Source: Gekko japonicus
Taxonomy: Eukaryota
DNA length: 64,000 nt
Assembly (NCBI RefSeq): GCF_001447785.1
Contig: NW_015166426.1
Span: 1,441,419-1,505,418 of the forward strand
Reading direction: 5' to 3'
Under the pieces are notes generated by a model. That model did no database searches. It had not been told where the DNA came from and saw nothing but the letters and a program-made list of their open reading frames with translations. A program made the position numbers and the translations under genes. Of the stretch, positions 24,455-37,362 are shown one piece after another (the first letter of the stretch is position 1; every line of letters begins with the position of its first letter).

Positions 24455-24632
24455 TTGGATGAGAAGGCAGCATGGTATAAGTCATGAAAACTAAGCAAGG
24501 TTGGTATTTGAATGGAGGGGCCACCGAGGAAGCCACTGCCTAGGAAGGCAATGGCAAACTACCTCTGCTTCTCACTTGCCTTGAAAGCCCCTTGCTGGGG
24601 TCACCATAAGTTGGCTGTGAATTGATGGCACT
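24455..24632 (+). mobile_element. 5S-derived SINE (second, more decayed copy at ~24880-25015)
   Basis: GAAGGCAGCATGG head and GGCAATGGCAAAC.ACCTCTG body. Confidence 0.75.
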
Positions 24633-24749
24633 TACATATGTAGGTACCTGTGTGCTTCCCTGAGAAAGTTCCAACATTGCTCAGTTTGCTGTTCCATTCA
24701 CAACTGCAAGGTGCAATTTGACAAGCCATGGCATCTAGGCACTACATCT

Positions 24750-24751
<2 letters not shown>

Positions 24752-24784
<33 letters not shown>
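24752..24784. repeat. (GT)n microsatellite
   Basis: About 16 perfect GT units. Confidence 0.95.
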
Positions 24785-24786
<2 letters not shown>

Positions 24787-25554
24787 TTGCTCATGAGTCT
24801 TCACATTTAAATCTTTTGGTTACCCACCTCCTGACCCAGTGCTATACAGTGGCTCTATAATTTCAGAGTAGCTAAGAACGTCCAAGGCTAGTTTGATCTC
24901 ATTAGAGCTCAGCAGCAAAGCTGGATTAGTACTTGGCTGGCAATGGCAACCCAATGAGATGGAACTTCATGGGGTCACCATGAGTAGGTTGCTACTCGAT
25001 GACACACTTTACCTTTTAAGAACCTCTACCTGTGCAATTCCAGGGCCAGCTCACTGTCCAAGTGATCCAGCAGAGGACAACCTGGTTTGGGCCTGGCACC
25101 ACATCCCCAGAGGAGACACTCTCCCACTTGTGCTACTGTTACCCAACCTAGGAAGCCTGCAGAGACTCTCTGCATCCTGCCTTGAAATGGACCGGGGGAC
25201 ATGAGAGGCAAGGGGCCCTTGTGTTGTTCAGCCCATTCAAGCCAGGCTGCGAAGAATTTCCACAACCCTTTCGTCACCTCCAGGTTAGTGCTTTTCCACT
25301 CATGCCCCTGCTAGTACGGTGAAACAGGAGCCAACATTCCCACCATGCTACTGCTGCTGGGTTTGTTTGGAGTAACAACATGGCCTAGGCTAGCCCTGCA
25401 CAGTTTTATCGGGGCCTCTTTCCAAGATGAAGACACGGACCCTTCTTCAAGGAACCCAATGAAAATAAAAGAATCCACATTAACTAACATACGAGCCCTG
25501 GCCTGCCAACACATACCTTATGTCACTATTCTACACCACCCATGCAACAGGTAT

Positions 25555-26707
25555 AAAGAAACAAAAATGCAAGGGTAGACCATCAACAAATATACAAATT
25601 TCACAAGTTGCCAGTAGAAACAAGTCTATTGAAACATGGTAACATTACATCAATAAATAAAATAGAATTGGTGGTCACAATTCAAAGATAATGGTTGCCA
25701 TTCATTAATAAAGATGAATACTAAGGCTCTGGTCACACGGGCAGGAAACTGCGGGGGGTGGGGAAGCGTGGCTGTTTGCCCCGGGGCAAACTAACGCATA
25801 GTTACTCGATCAGACCTCCCCTGGAGGTTCTGTGGAGGTCCCGTGGAGGTTCTGTGGGAAGGGAGAGGTGCTGATCACAGGATGATCCTGCGTGCAATAA
25901 AGAAGCGCGTGGTGCGGCAAACGGGTGGGGTTTTTTGTCGTGTACACCAAAAATGCGCATGCTCCATTGGGTGCTTGTGCGCATCCACGGAGACTTGGGG
26001 AAAAAAACCTTGTTTGCAAGGGGACATGGGCGGGCGCCGGATGCCACCGGAAATGTGATCAGACGCCCACCCTTGCCCCGCAGTTTCCGGAAACTAGTAC
26101 CTCCGAGGTACTAGTTTTTTGCAGCGCGGTTTCGGCGGGAAGCCTTGGTTGAGCCACAGAAGCCCTACGCTTCCCAGATGTGCCGGTGAGATCACGCCCG
26201 GAAACTCTGCCTGACTTCCGTCTCTCTAGCGTGGCTAATGTTCCGTGTGACCGCAGCCTAAGTATGACAACAATAGGTATGACAATCCAATGCTAATAAA
26301 CAACAAGAGACTCCTCTAAATCCTTTCATGAAATAGTGTCCAAAGGACCTCAAAGTCCACAAACAAGGCAAAGGATGTTTCAAAGAACAAAGAAACTTCT
26401 GCAGCTGAAAGATGTCCTTCCCAGGTATGCCAGACATTTCAAAACATTCTTCCTCAGTTACACGACTGAAAAATGGAACCAGATTTCCACAAAAGTCTAG
26501 GCACAGCTCATATCTCAAATGGAATCCATGGATTTATTTATGAATTGTGGCCACCAATTCTACTTTATATATTGATGTAATGTTACCATGTTTCAATAGA
26601 CTTGTGTCTACTGGCAACTTGTGAAATTTGCATATTTATTGACGGTCTACCGTTGCATTTTTGTTTCTTTATATATTATATACGCTTGGGGGTCCCTATT
26701 GTTTGGG
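25555..26707 (-). mobile_element. Penelope-like insert with an inverted ~133-bp terminal duplication and a hammerhead-like core, interrupted by a Harbinger MITE
   Basis: Inverted arms 25552-25684 and 26541-26673; probable 11-bp TSD GCAACAGGTAT (25544-25554 and 26708-26718). Minus-strand CTGAGGAAGAATGTTTTGAAATGTC at 26433-26457. Confidence 0.65.
25725..26258. mobile_element. PIF/Harbinger-type MITE
   Basis: TAA TSD on both sides; TIRs GGCTCTGGTCACACGG / CCGTGTGACCGCAGCC (14/16 match); CpG-rich. Confidence 0.85.
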
Positions 26708-28351
26708 GCAACAGGTATGGCAACAGGGCATGGTGATACTTAATTATTTTGTGTACAGTGGTAATATGGTTAAGGCCCAATGCTTTCCGAAGTCCAAAAC
26801 TTATTCAGGTCAGAGCAGGTCTATGTTACACCCTGAAACTAGCAAAGTCCCTGACAGTTTCAGGGCCCTCCTAGTATCTGCCAGCAAAACTTTTACCAAG
26901 AATACTTCTTCAGTTCTAAGTGACCTCGAAAGAAAACATTTTCTCTCTCTCTCCAGGCCTGCACTGTTTGGCAAGAAAAGATTGATTGTGCTGGGGGGAC
27001 AGGAATAATGCATCCCCAAAGAAAATGCCTCATGAGTGTCACATCTTACAAATGAGAAGTTGGCCTGGTGCGCTTGACTAACTCCTACATGTAAACAGAT
27101 TTTACAAAATATCATCTGTATCGTCAAGCTGTAATCTAAGTGATATAATGATAGAGTCTAATTTAATATTCTATTTGGTTTTTAATTCCCTTTTGGTTTG
27201 CCTGGGCCCAGACAGCCTGTTTTGTATTGTTTATTTTATACTTAGCTGTTACATATTTATTCCTTGTTGACTCTGTACATTTAATGAGTTTGCCTCAGCT
27301 TTCCTTTGGAGACGGAGTAATTGGTTGGCATATTAAAGGGAAAGTGCTGTGTGGGACCGTGGAGACAAAGAAACATGACTTCTGCAGGCAGCCGGAGAAT
27401 AAGCAGCGTGTAGAGAATTGAGGTGACAGTCTCGAGGTGTGGTTGACTGATAGAATCACTTACAGGAACAGCAGAACTTATGTATATTTCTGTACAATTC
27501 AGGACTGAGCTATATTATACAAGGGATAAGTGCTGCCACTGAAAACTGTAGCCCTGCGCTGTTGTTTTCTCTTCATAATGTCTACTTCACTTTATCCCAT
27601 GTCCTGATGTCATTATGCTGTGCACGTCCCTGCCTCTACAAGCAGTGGCCCTTTGGGGTGAAGGAACAGAAGAAATAAGTTGAACTAGATATTATAAAGG
27701 AGAAGGGGACCTCGATACACATGGCAGTTTTCATGACACCCCTTGTTCTTTGTAACATGGTTCTAGCATTGGGACCTGTCCACAGGGGAGCCTCCTGTTT
27801 TCTTGGCTCAATAATTTAAACTGTAACCAGAAGTACTGGGAGTTGTCTCCATAAGGTCCATAAGGTAACATTGGTCTGAAAATGTGGGACATATAGATCT
27901 GTAAGAAATTGATTATCTTTATTTCATTTTCCTATTCCCAGGACAAAATCTTTCAAATAAATCCAATTAAGCTTTATTTATAATGTTGGGGGTTCCTATG
28001 CTTGTCTGTGTGTTTCATCTTACTTATTAGTTATTTATTAAAATACTTATATCCTGCCTTTCCTCATGGCTCAAGGCAGCTATCCTCTATGAAGAGGAAC
28101 TCCTGTGAGTGTCCTGTGTGCTTTGTCCATGCATATTGGGAGCCAACCTATATCCCACAGTTACATGCCAGTTTTTCACATTACACAGTATTTGCTTCAT
28201 GGGTCACAAAATGCGTAGCAATTGTTTTTCAATCCACAGGTCACACAAAATTTATAATACCACTAGCTTACCTTCAGCAGCCTTGCTAGTAAGTGTAGAC
28301 CAGTGACTTCAACGCCAAATTCCCAAATTCAGGGTTCCTAGGTTCTTATCA

Positions 28352-28520
28352 GGGGTGTGGAATGGTATAGTATAGCCCAATCTCATCAGATCTCAGAAGC
28401 TAAGCAGGGTCGGTACTTGGATGGAGGACCACCAAGGAAGACTGCAGAAGAAAGCACCTCTGCTTAATTACTTGCCTTGAAAATAAGTTGCATAAGTCAT
28501 CTGTGACTGGATGGCACTTT
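28352..28520 (+). mobile_element. 5S-derived SINE about 380 bp upstream of the GRID2 exon
   Basis: AGATCTCAGAAGCTAAGCAGGGTCGGTACTTGGATGG head and RTE-like tail. Confidence 0.8.
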
Positions 28521-28869
28521 GTGCGCACACACGAACACACACACACACTGGTTCTTATCAAGCAGATTCTTTTCACAGTATAAGTTACAGTAAACCAATC
28601 TCATGTTGACCACAGGTCAGCTTTATATTGTAATGATAGGCTGATATTAAGCATAATCATGACGGTAGCTTCTATTGTATATTGCTAGGAATGTCTATCA
28701 AATCCTTATATCCAAAACACCATTCAGAGCACAGGCAGGAGTTTCTTCATGCATTGGTATGCCCTAGAATTTGTGATAGAATTGTATCTCCACAACCCAG
28801 TCTCAGTAGCTTCAAAAAGAGTATATTGTCTTTCTCTTATACCTGCCTCTTTTGGAAAATTCAAAATAA

Positions 28870-29070
<201 letters not shown>

Positions 29071-30399
29071 TAAAATGTGCAAGGGGATGAGCATTTATCC
29101 ATCTTGTTTCCAGTACTACAAAATCCATCTGCTTATATCTGCCATTTTTGTAGCTTTTCACATATGCTCGAAATTTGGAAGGATGATGCTTGCTATATGA
29201 AGTAAGTAAGTGGTATGGACAATAACTCTGAAATTAGTTGATATCACACTATGAGTTTATATATATATATATTACTTGTGCTAAAATATAAACGAATATA
29301 AATTTTCCTATGCCAGAGGGTTATTCATGTAGTCCACCATGGTGCCTAATATAGCAGATACTTTGGAGTAGTTAAGTGCTATCATCTCTTAAAAGATAAC
29401 TCCTGAGTAAATTAAGCAAAAAAACCCCACCCCAACCTGCCAACACCGCTGCATTCTCATCTATAATTAGAATAAAACAAAGAAATGGCTCAAAAGAATA
29501 GTATCTACTTTGTTCTAGGAACAAAAGTCCAACAAATTAAAGAAAACTGAGAGAGTGAGACCCAGAAAGTCCCCGTGAAGTTCTAGAGTTAGCTACGCTG
29601 GAGAAGTTAGTCCTGTCTGACCATTTGATGAGGTCTGGGAAGAGAAACAAAAGGCTGCTCTAGTGGATCCCAGAAATAGCACAGATAACTGGCACATCCA
29701 TCAAATTAGTTGGAGTTCTCTGTTCTCCCAAGAAATGCTGTGTTTGGAGAAAGTATATAGAGGTTTAGGGCACCACTGCTGTAGTGTGGTCTCTGTTGAT
29801 CGCTTCTACTTGTGGGTTTATTCAAAAAGTAGACAGATGCTTAGGCTGACTTTCTTAAATATATCTTCCTGTCATTCATAAGTGTGTCAAGTCAAATTTT
29901 AAATTCAGTTCTGTTCTTGTGCTTTTTCACCTCTGGTAACTGTAGGTTTTTGGCTTTTTTATATCCTGGGTTCCTGCTCTCATAGTACTTTCTGCTCATT
30001 GTGTTAGATCTTACAGACATGGTCAAAAATTGTTGGATTTTTTAATGCCTACCTAAAATCTACACTTTGGGGGGAAATTTGGGTTTATTTGGATTTGAGG
30101 AACAGTTTCCGTAGTGGTATTGTGAGTTATTTTGGATCCCCAGTATTGTTTCAGGATTTGGATTTGGGTGAATTTTTGGGAGGAGGGGTGGAGTTCCAAA
30201 AGATTGGAGGTCCATTATTCTCTATGGGTGGACACTTTCTGAGGGAGGGAAGGGCTGGTTTTCAAGCAAATGACACCACAATTGCAGGAAATCTAGTCCT
30301 GCCTGTCCACTAAAGACCCTCCAAGTTTCAAGCAAATTAGATCATGAGGTCCAGTTCTATGTACCTCTGTGAGTTGACCTCAACCACAGACTTGTCTCC

Positions 30400-30605
30400 C
30401 AGTGTTCCTTCTAAGCTGAGTTAGTGTGAGCTAGCTTGCAGTTTTTTAGCCTCTAGCTCACACATTTTTGTCTAAGCTCAGGAAGGATGGCTCCAGAGCA
30501 AACTAATTTATGCAGTAGCCAAATTGCTCGCTTACAACTTTAGTGCCAATAGCTCACAAAGTAGAATTTTTGCTCACAAGACTCCACAGCTTAGAGGGAG
30601 TATTG
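30400..30605 (+). mobile_element. ~206-bp hAT MITE, copy 3
   Basis: Same TIRs as copy 2; 8-bp TSD TTGTCTCC (30392-30399 and 30606-30613). Confidence 0.9.
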
Positions 30606-30778
30606 TTGTCTCCATTGTTTCCTATGAGGAAGGGGGAATTCATGCTTTCCTCAAGGCAAAGAAGCCAGTAGCCAAATACAGAAACCACTGGACAAAAGCC
30701 TCAAAATGTAAACAGAACCAAGAAGCCCAGGAAAACCAACATCAGACCAGAGAATCCCAGAAGAACACAGACTGAGAG

Positions 30779-30936
30779 CCAGTTTGGTGTAGTAGTTAAG
30801 TGTGCGGACTCTAATCTGGGAGGACCAGGTTTGATTCCCCACTCCTCCACATGCAGCTGCTGGTGTGACCTTGGGTCATTTGCAACTTCTTTCTGAGCTG
30901 TTCTCTCATGAGCCGTTCTTAAAAGAGCTCTCTCAG
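30779..30936 (+). mobile_element. Squam3-like SINE 5' part, interrupted by a solo LTR
   Basis: Head and body run up to GAGCTCTCTCAG; only CTCAGCC resumes after the LTR. Confidence 0.8.
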
Positions 30937-31561
30937 TGTCATGGGTGCTGAGGAAGGGCCGTTGCCAGCCCCAGCTGAACTCACAGCTGGCCCCTCTGAA
31001 GCTGCAGAGATTGGCAATTTACCATCACAGCCTGCACTGGCACCTGGCTCAGAGACGACTGAGGAGCAGCAGACACAGATGGACAGCCCTCCCAATTCGC
31101 CTCCAAGAGTTGCTTGCTTGCAAGACAGAGTACAGCAAGACTTAGCAGCAAGAAAGCACTAAGCTCGGCTGTGAAGCAGACGAGCCGTGACTCCTAAGTA
31201 TTAACAGACGCTTGGCTGCCGGTGCTGCTGCACTAATTGGAAACAGCAATTTAGCTTCAGGCTAAGCTGGCTCCGTTGTGCACACAAACTCGTCATTACT
31301 CCGTAACGCCTTGCCGCTCTCCACCCCCTGCTACCTACTTCTAGCTTCTGACCCTGGCTTGATCGGCCATGCTCCTGGTTTGTGATTTGGACTGTTGCTC
31401 TTGGCTCTTGCTAACTTCCTCCAGCTTCTGACCCTGGCTTGAACGACCTTGCTTCTGGCTTGCGCTCTGGACTTTCACTCTCAGTTCCTGCTTCACCCTT
31501 TTTGGCTCCAGACCCCGGACTGAACTTGGACTTTCCTCTGCCTGTGCTCCAGACCTTGACA
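30937..31561 (+). mobile_element. Solo LTR (Gypsy-like)
   Basis: TGTCA ... TGACA termini; 5-bp TSD CTCAG (30932-30936 and 31562-31566); internal repeat AGCTTCTGACCCTGGCTTGA. Strand inferred from the CT-rich 3' half. Confidence 0.82.
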
Positions 31562-32693
31562 CTCAGCCTTATTTTTGAATTTTTAAAAGCTTTGCGTTAC
31601 ATGGTTTCTTTAAAAAGTTTTTAATTTTTAAAGGGTTTATGCTTTGGGGGCATTTTCAAGTAGTAACTCTTTTAAAAACTTTATCTTCATTCTTTTGGTT
31701 GTTGTTTTATGGTTGTTCTTCTACAGATGTTTAACAGATCTTTCTGTGTTATGTTTTTGGGGGAGTGATTTCATAGAATTTAAGAATGTTCCTCTTGGGC
31801 CTGTTGCAGCAGGCACAGAATTAGAAAATGATTTGCATAAAGAAATCAGAATTTTCATTGTATTAAAAAGTAAAATTGTACAAATGAAAAGAAGCATGAG
31901 AAGAAGCAAAATTTACATTTCTTTCACTGCCTGATGTCAAATATTGATCAACACAAGGATTAATGGCTAAAACCATTTTAATGGCATCATGCATATATTT
32001 GCTTCAGGACTGAGAAACAGAAATTGTGCCTAATGTTTAGCAAGCATCAGCTGCAGCAAATATAGAATTAGATCCTACTACGAGTCCCTCTGGAGTTGAC
32101 TTTTCAAGTTTCTTCCCTTAGATGGAGGCCCCCCCAACTGAGAGAATAAGAAAGAGCTCTTTACCCAGTGAGAAAAAGGACTGAACGCTGTTCAATCTCA
32201 AGAGAAGCTGTTATCTTTCTGCCGTTTCCATTCTTGATCGAAATGAACATTTGAATGGAGTATCCCATAAAAGTCTGAGCTATTACTCTGATTAAGGAAG
32301 GATATAAGCGACTTCACACATCTCACTTGGTTGTCTAGCTGGAAGGAGGAAATTCTCTTGAAGCAATACAAGATACTCACAATAAGTTAGCTTAACTTGA
32401 GGGAAAGAATTTGAGGCTTTTGCTGCCAGGTGACACAAGAAAATTGCACACTCAGGTACAGCAACCAGCCTGGTTGAAACTTGAAAAGATTAAACTTATA
32501 AAAGATGAGAGCTGGCAAAGTTAAATTAATCTTTCTAAATCTGGTTGAGAGAGGCCTTTTCCCTATCCCAAGGGTTTTGTGCCGCTCTTTCCAAGCCATG
32601 ATTTGTGTTCAGGTATTGAAAGAAAGAAGACAACCAAAAGCATAAACCATTTCAGTTTGGTGGGGGGAGCAATTTACTTAGCTGTTCAATGGA

Positions 32694-32913
32694 TAGGGTT
32701 GCCAGCTCTGAATTGAGAAATACTTGGAGAATTTGGGAGTGGAGCCTGGGGAAACCAGGGTTTAGGGAGGGGAGGGGCCTCAGCAGGGTATAATGCCATA
32801 GAGTCTACCCTCTAGAACAGACTTTTTTTCCAGGGGAACTGATCTTGGTCACCTTGAGTTTGATTTGAAATAGCGGGAGATCTCCAGGTACCACCTGGAG
32901 GCTGGTAACCCTA
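32694..32913 (+). mobile_element. hAT MITE, TAGGGTTGCCA family
   Basis: TIRs TAGGGTTGCCAGC / GCTGGTAACCCTA; TSD TCAATGGA / TCGATGGA (7/8). Confidence 0.85.
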
Positions 32914-33300
32914 TCGATGGAAGATTTGCCCTCATTGAGCATGTTTGTGCCCCAGAGCCTGATAACCCTAAATGCACATGTGCAGACTCTTACCTAACAT
33001 TCTGAGCAGTTAAATAATTTCCCCAAGGAAATTGTGCTCAATATGTAGTACATATGGAATGTGCAACTTTATATTCTGAACCTCAGAATTATGAACTTTG
33101 GGTACATTGTTAATCTACTTCTGCAAAGGTCCAGGTTGGGTGAAGGTGTCAATGAACAGTGTGGTTCTGTGTTGTACTCCTCCTGTCTCCTTCTTATTAA
33201 ATATTTGACATAAGTCATAGCAAAATTGTATATTAGTGGAGTTTTCTTTTATGCCTCTGTCATAATGGCAGTGCCTTAGTGAATATCCCTCAGTCTAGTT

Positions 33301-33484
33301 TAGGGTTGCCAGCTCTGGATTGGGAAATACCTGGAGATTTTGAGGCATTTGGGGAGAGGAGGGACCTTGGCAGGGTACAATGCCATCCTCCAAAGCAGCC
33401 ATTTTCTCCAGGGAAACTGATCATCTGGAGACCAGCTGTAAAAGTGGAAGATCTCCAGGCCCCACCTGGAGGTTGGCAATCCTA
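33301..33484 (+). mobile_element. hAT MITE, TAGGGTTGCCA family
   Basis: Same termini and body as 32694-32913. Confidence 0.8.
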
Positions 33485-34050
33485 TTTCTAGCTAAGCCTC
33501 TATTCACTTTTTCCAGTGTAAGTCTGTCTTACTGGGCCACAGCTGAGCAGAAAACATGAGCATTCCAGTTACATCCAGAAATGCTTGTACACTTGCCTTA
33601 TTTGGGGTTAGCAAATATCGTGAGTCTTTTGAGAACAATCACATCTACAGCAATTTTGTGACACAGTTAACACTTTCAAATATTCCACGCTTAGTTCAAC
33701 GTTGTGGCAAACCACAGTTAAGGAAACTTAGCTACAGTTTGGAATGGTGTTGAATTCGGACAAATTGTTGTGAGCAAATCAGAACTGGAAATGATGACCC
33801 GAATAGAATGGTTTAATGGACAGGATGTCCACATACAGAGACAGCATAACTTTGATTATTAGTTGCTGAATGGTAACAACAGCTTTAACCTCCATGTTTG
33901 GCTTGCAGGCTTTGTAGGGGCCTCTGGTTGTAGAAAACAGGCTACCGGGCTAGATGGCCCTTTGGTTTGTTCCATCAGAGCTCTTCTTCACTAGGTGTGC
34001 AAACTCTGTCTTGTGCAAACTAAGGTGTGTTACGATGTCTGTACTGAACA

Positions 34051-34231
34051 TACATAGATCCAATTGGTCGGCCGTGTTGGTCTGAAGCAGTACAACAAAT
34101 TTAGAGTCCAATGGCACCTTTAAGACCAACAAAGGTTTATTCAAGGTATGAGCATGCACACAAAAGCTCATACCTTGAATAAACCTTTGTTGGTCTTAAA
34201 GGTACCATTGGACTCTAAATTTGTTGTACTG
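34051..34231. mobile_element. Palindromic Penelope-like insert
   Basis: 66-bp inverted arms (34088-34153 and 34166-34231) with one mismatch. Flanking direct repeat TGTACTGAACA (34040-34050 and 34225-34235). Confidence 0.8.
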
Positions 34232-34329
34232 AACAAGCATAGTTATGGTTGTTCTCTAATTTCTGAAGGCCATTGCATCAAGAGACTAGAGAGCTGAGTG
34301 GATGGGAAACCAAATCAAACATGCCATTA

Positions 34330-34914
34330 TCTATATATCTAATAGCCAAGTTGCCCCCACTGTGCAGATATCTAAATCCACACATTGGGGGGACTTGGGA
34401 GGCAGAGAGATTTTCCTGCACACTTGGAGTAGTCCCCAGGTGTGCAGAAAAATCTAAAAAGTTGAAAAAAAGTATACAGGGGATACTTAAATTCCCCCAA
34501 AAGTAAAAGAGTGTTCCCTGTGCATGCACAGAGAATGCCCTGGCAACTGTCTCGCCCTCTCTGCCACTGCTGGGGGGGAGGGAGAAGGCTTGGTTGGCTG
34601 CCGCCAGGGGGATTGCTTGGTGGGGGAGAGAGAAGGCTTGGCGGGCCTGGCGGTTGGTAGCTGCTCAGGCCTCACCATTGGTTCCAGGGGGTGGGGTAGA
34701 AGGCTTGGTGGGCCCGGGGGCTGGGAGCCACGTGGCCCTTCCTGCTGGTGCTGGGGAGGGGAGAAGGCTTGGTGGGCCTAGTGGCTAGGAGCCACGCGGA
34801 CCTCGATGTTGATGCTGGGGGGTGGGGGAGAAGACTCACCTGCGGCTGCTTCCTCCTCCTCCTCCACATGGAGCTCCTCACCCCATGAGTATCACAGGTC
34901 TCCCTTCTTCTAAG
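34330..34914 (+). mobile_element. Non-autonomous Helitron, older copy
   Basis: A|TCTATATATCTAATAG start. The first ~220 bp match the reverse complement of ~15680-15904. CpG-decayed 3' hairpin CCCCATGA.GTA.TCACAGG followed by CTAAG. Confidence 0.7.
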
Positions 34915-37181
34915 GTATAATTTTGCTGTGGTGTGTTAACACAAATTTTGATGTGGCATGACTTCTGGGTTGATACATTGTTTTCTGTTTAAAAGTATGA
35001 TTTATTTAAAGAATTTATATGCTGCATTTCCAGAGACTTGGTAAGGTATTTTACTCAACAGAAGACTTAATGTGAACAGGATTAGCCTAAGGGATTAAAG
35101 TACTTCTAAGAAACTAAATTATTCAGTTGTCCTACAGGCTGAGAGAATCCCCATTTTGTATGCTATAGACTTGATCTGGTTAGTAAGAGTCTCCAGGCCC
35201 CATATGCTTAGTTCAAGATTAATCTGGAATATTAATCTATAAAATGCCCATGAACCCTCTGATGCCAGCTACCCTGGACACAGCATGCAGGGTGCTGCTT
35301 GGGATGCCAGATTGTCAAGGGGTACTGGAGCATGAGCCAGTCACTGTCTCACACCAGACCTGCACCATTGCTACCTGGGTCCAAAAGGGGCTCAGATAGT
35401 GCTGGAGCCTACCTTGAAGTTGGTGGAGCAGCACAGGAGACGCACATCTCCCACACCTTTCTGTTGATCCCAGGTGTCAATGGGCTGCCCCCTGCCTTGG
35501 GACCACATGGGCATCTTGGGGAAGAAGTATACCCTCCACTCCTGTGATCACTGCCAGGACTTGGAGTCCAGTGGGCAGCACAGAAGGAGGGTGCTTGGGA
35601 CAGCAAAATGCATTGGAGCCAGCCCTGGGACCCAAGAAGAGGCTGGAGCAGCCATCAACGAATGAATGGATCCCTCCATCTCCAGTCGGCTCCATGACTT
35701 AGGAAGGATGGTCCTGTAGACTTTGTGAGGGTTCAATAACGACACACCACAACGGATTTCTTGAAGCTAATGATCAACTCTGTCTCTCTGTCCCAATGCC
35801 CCCCTCTGACAGGCTGTCAGCAATGTTTTATTCAGAGGAAAAATCCAAGCTCACACATTGTACAGTGAAATCGTTACTCTTAGAAGCTTCTAACTAAAAA
35901 TCACCCTGTGTTCTTCTCACAGCCAATATTATCTTAGAATGTTGCAAAGTTTGTGCTCTCAGCAATTCATTGTGCTCTTAGTAATATAACACTCATGCAG
36001 ACTCAGCGAACATTGTGCAGTTGCCAATCTCCCGGTGGGAACTTGAGATCTCCTGGGCTTGCCTCATGGGAGTCTCTCGCTCTCCACATGGTCCCATTCA
36101 CAACCTGAAGGTCTAGATCAATTTTGGATTGGATCAGGCCCCAACAGATAATTTGAAATGGATTTGGGGGGACAAATGCCAATAATCCAGTGTGAGGGCC
36201 ATCTTCTTCATTTCAGAATTTGTTACCAATAGTAGGGAAGGGGGAGGGAATAAGGAAAAATTCAGTGGCATGATGCAGTTCTTTTGTATGGTAACTAGAA
36301 ATCATGCAGCAAGAATGGCTTTGCTTGGTAGGTGTAAGGCCAATGACAATGAGAGTCGCAGCACTCATGGCAAGTGAACCTGCCAGTGCTTCGTGGTACT
36401 GATATCTTTGAGGCAGCCATCAAGACAAACTCACCTACCCCATTTCCAAATCTTTCTTCCCCACAGTTATACTAATTACTAGGCAGTGGAACTCAAATTT
36501 GTTGTGCATACTGAAAGGTAATAGGGCAATGAGTGCCTACTGCTTAATAAACCAAAGGGTGAAGGTGCTGAAATTATATCCACTTCCAAGTTTTGGATGT
36601 GACTAGATTGCAAAGGNNNNNNNNNNNNNNNNNNNNNNNNNNNNNNNNNNNNNNNNNAATGCAGGCAGGGAGAGAGGGAAGGTATTTCTCTGTATATGTG
36701 TCTGCATGCATATGTGTTGAAATCAAATTAAACCAACTTGAGTTACAAAGGGAGGGGACAGAACTGAGTCACTTTATAAACACAGTATAGCCACAGAGCA
36801 GAATTTACTGCCCAGTCCTATGCAGAGGAATTGGGCTTAGACTGAAGCAACCACATTGCATTCCTCTGTCAGAATCTTTCTGGACTTTGGCATTTTAACA
36901 AGTAACACCAAGAAAACTGAACAAAGCACTATCTCAATTAACTGAGTTATCTGTGAGGCCTCTGAAACATTCAGCATATCAATGGTCTAGCTAAACCGAC
37001 CTACTGCCTGTGGCATATAGAGGTAATTTTCAGCCCAAACTTGATACAAGGACAACTAGATGGTTTGCACCAGCATGCTAATGTCTACCATTAGGTTAAC
37101 ATTTGAGCAATTTGAAGCTGGTTTTTCAAAAGATATGCCAAGGGAAATAAAGAACTGTGTATAAGCAATGTCTATTGATAC

Positions 37182-37362
37182 AGTTTTATCCTGCCCTTTC
37201 TCCAAGGAGCTTAAAGCCACATACATGGTTTTGTGCCCCCATCTGCAGCTCATGAAGTAGATTAGGCTGAAAAACAGTGACTGCTCCATGGTCAGCAAGC
37301 TTCATGGCAGCATAGGAATTTAAACTCGGATCTCCCAGGTCCTTGTCCACTATACCACACTA
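37182..37362 (-). mobile_element. Older Squam3-like SINE (similar copies at ~21091-21270 + and ~45930-46158 -)
   Basis: Reverse-complement head CACTATACCACAC and GAAGTAGATTAGGCTGA body. Confidence 0.6.

Noticed and set aside
30941-31162. 73-aa ATG ORF as a small gene
   Set aside because: It lies wholly within a TSD-bounded solo LTR and has no recognisable domain.
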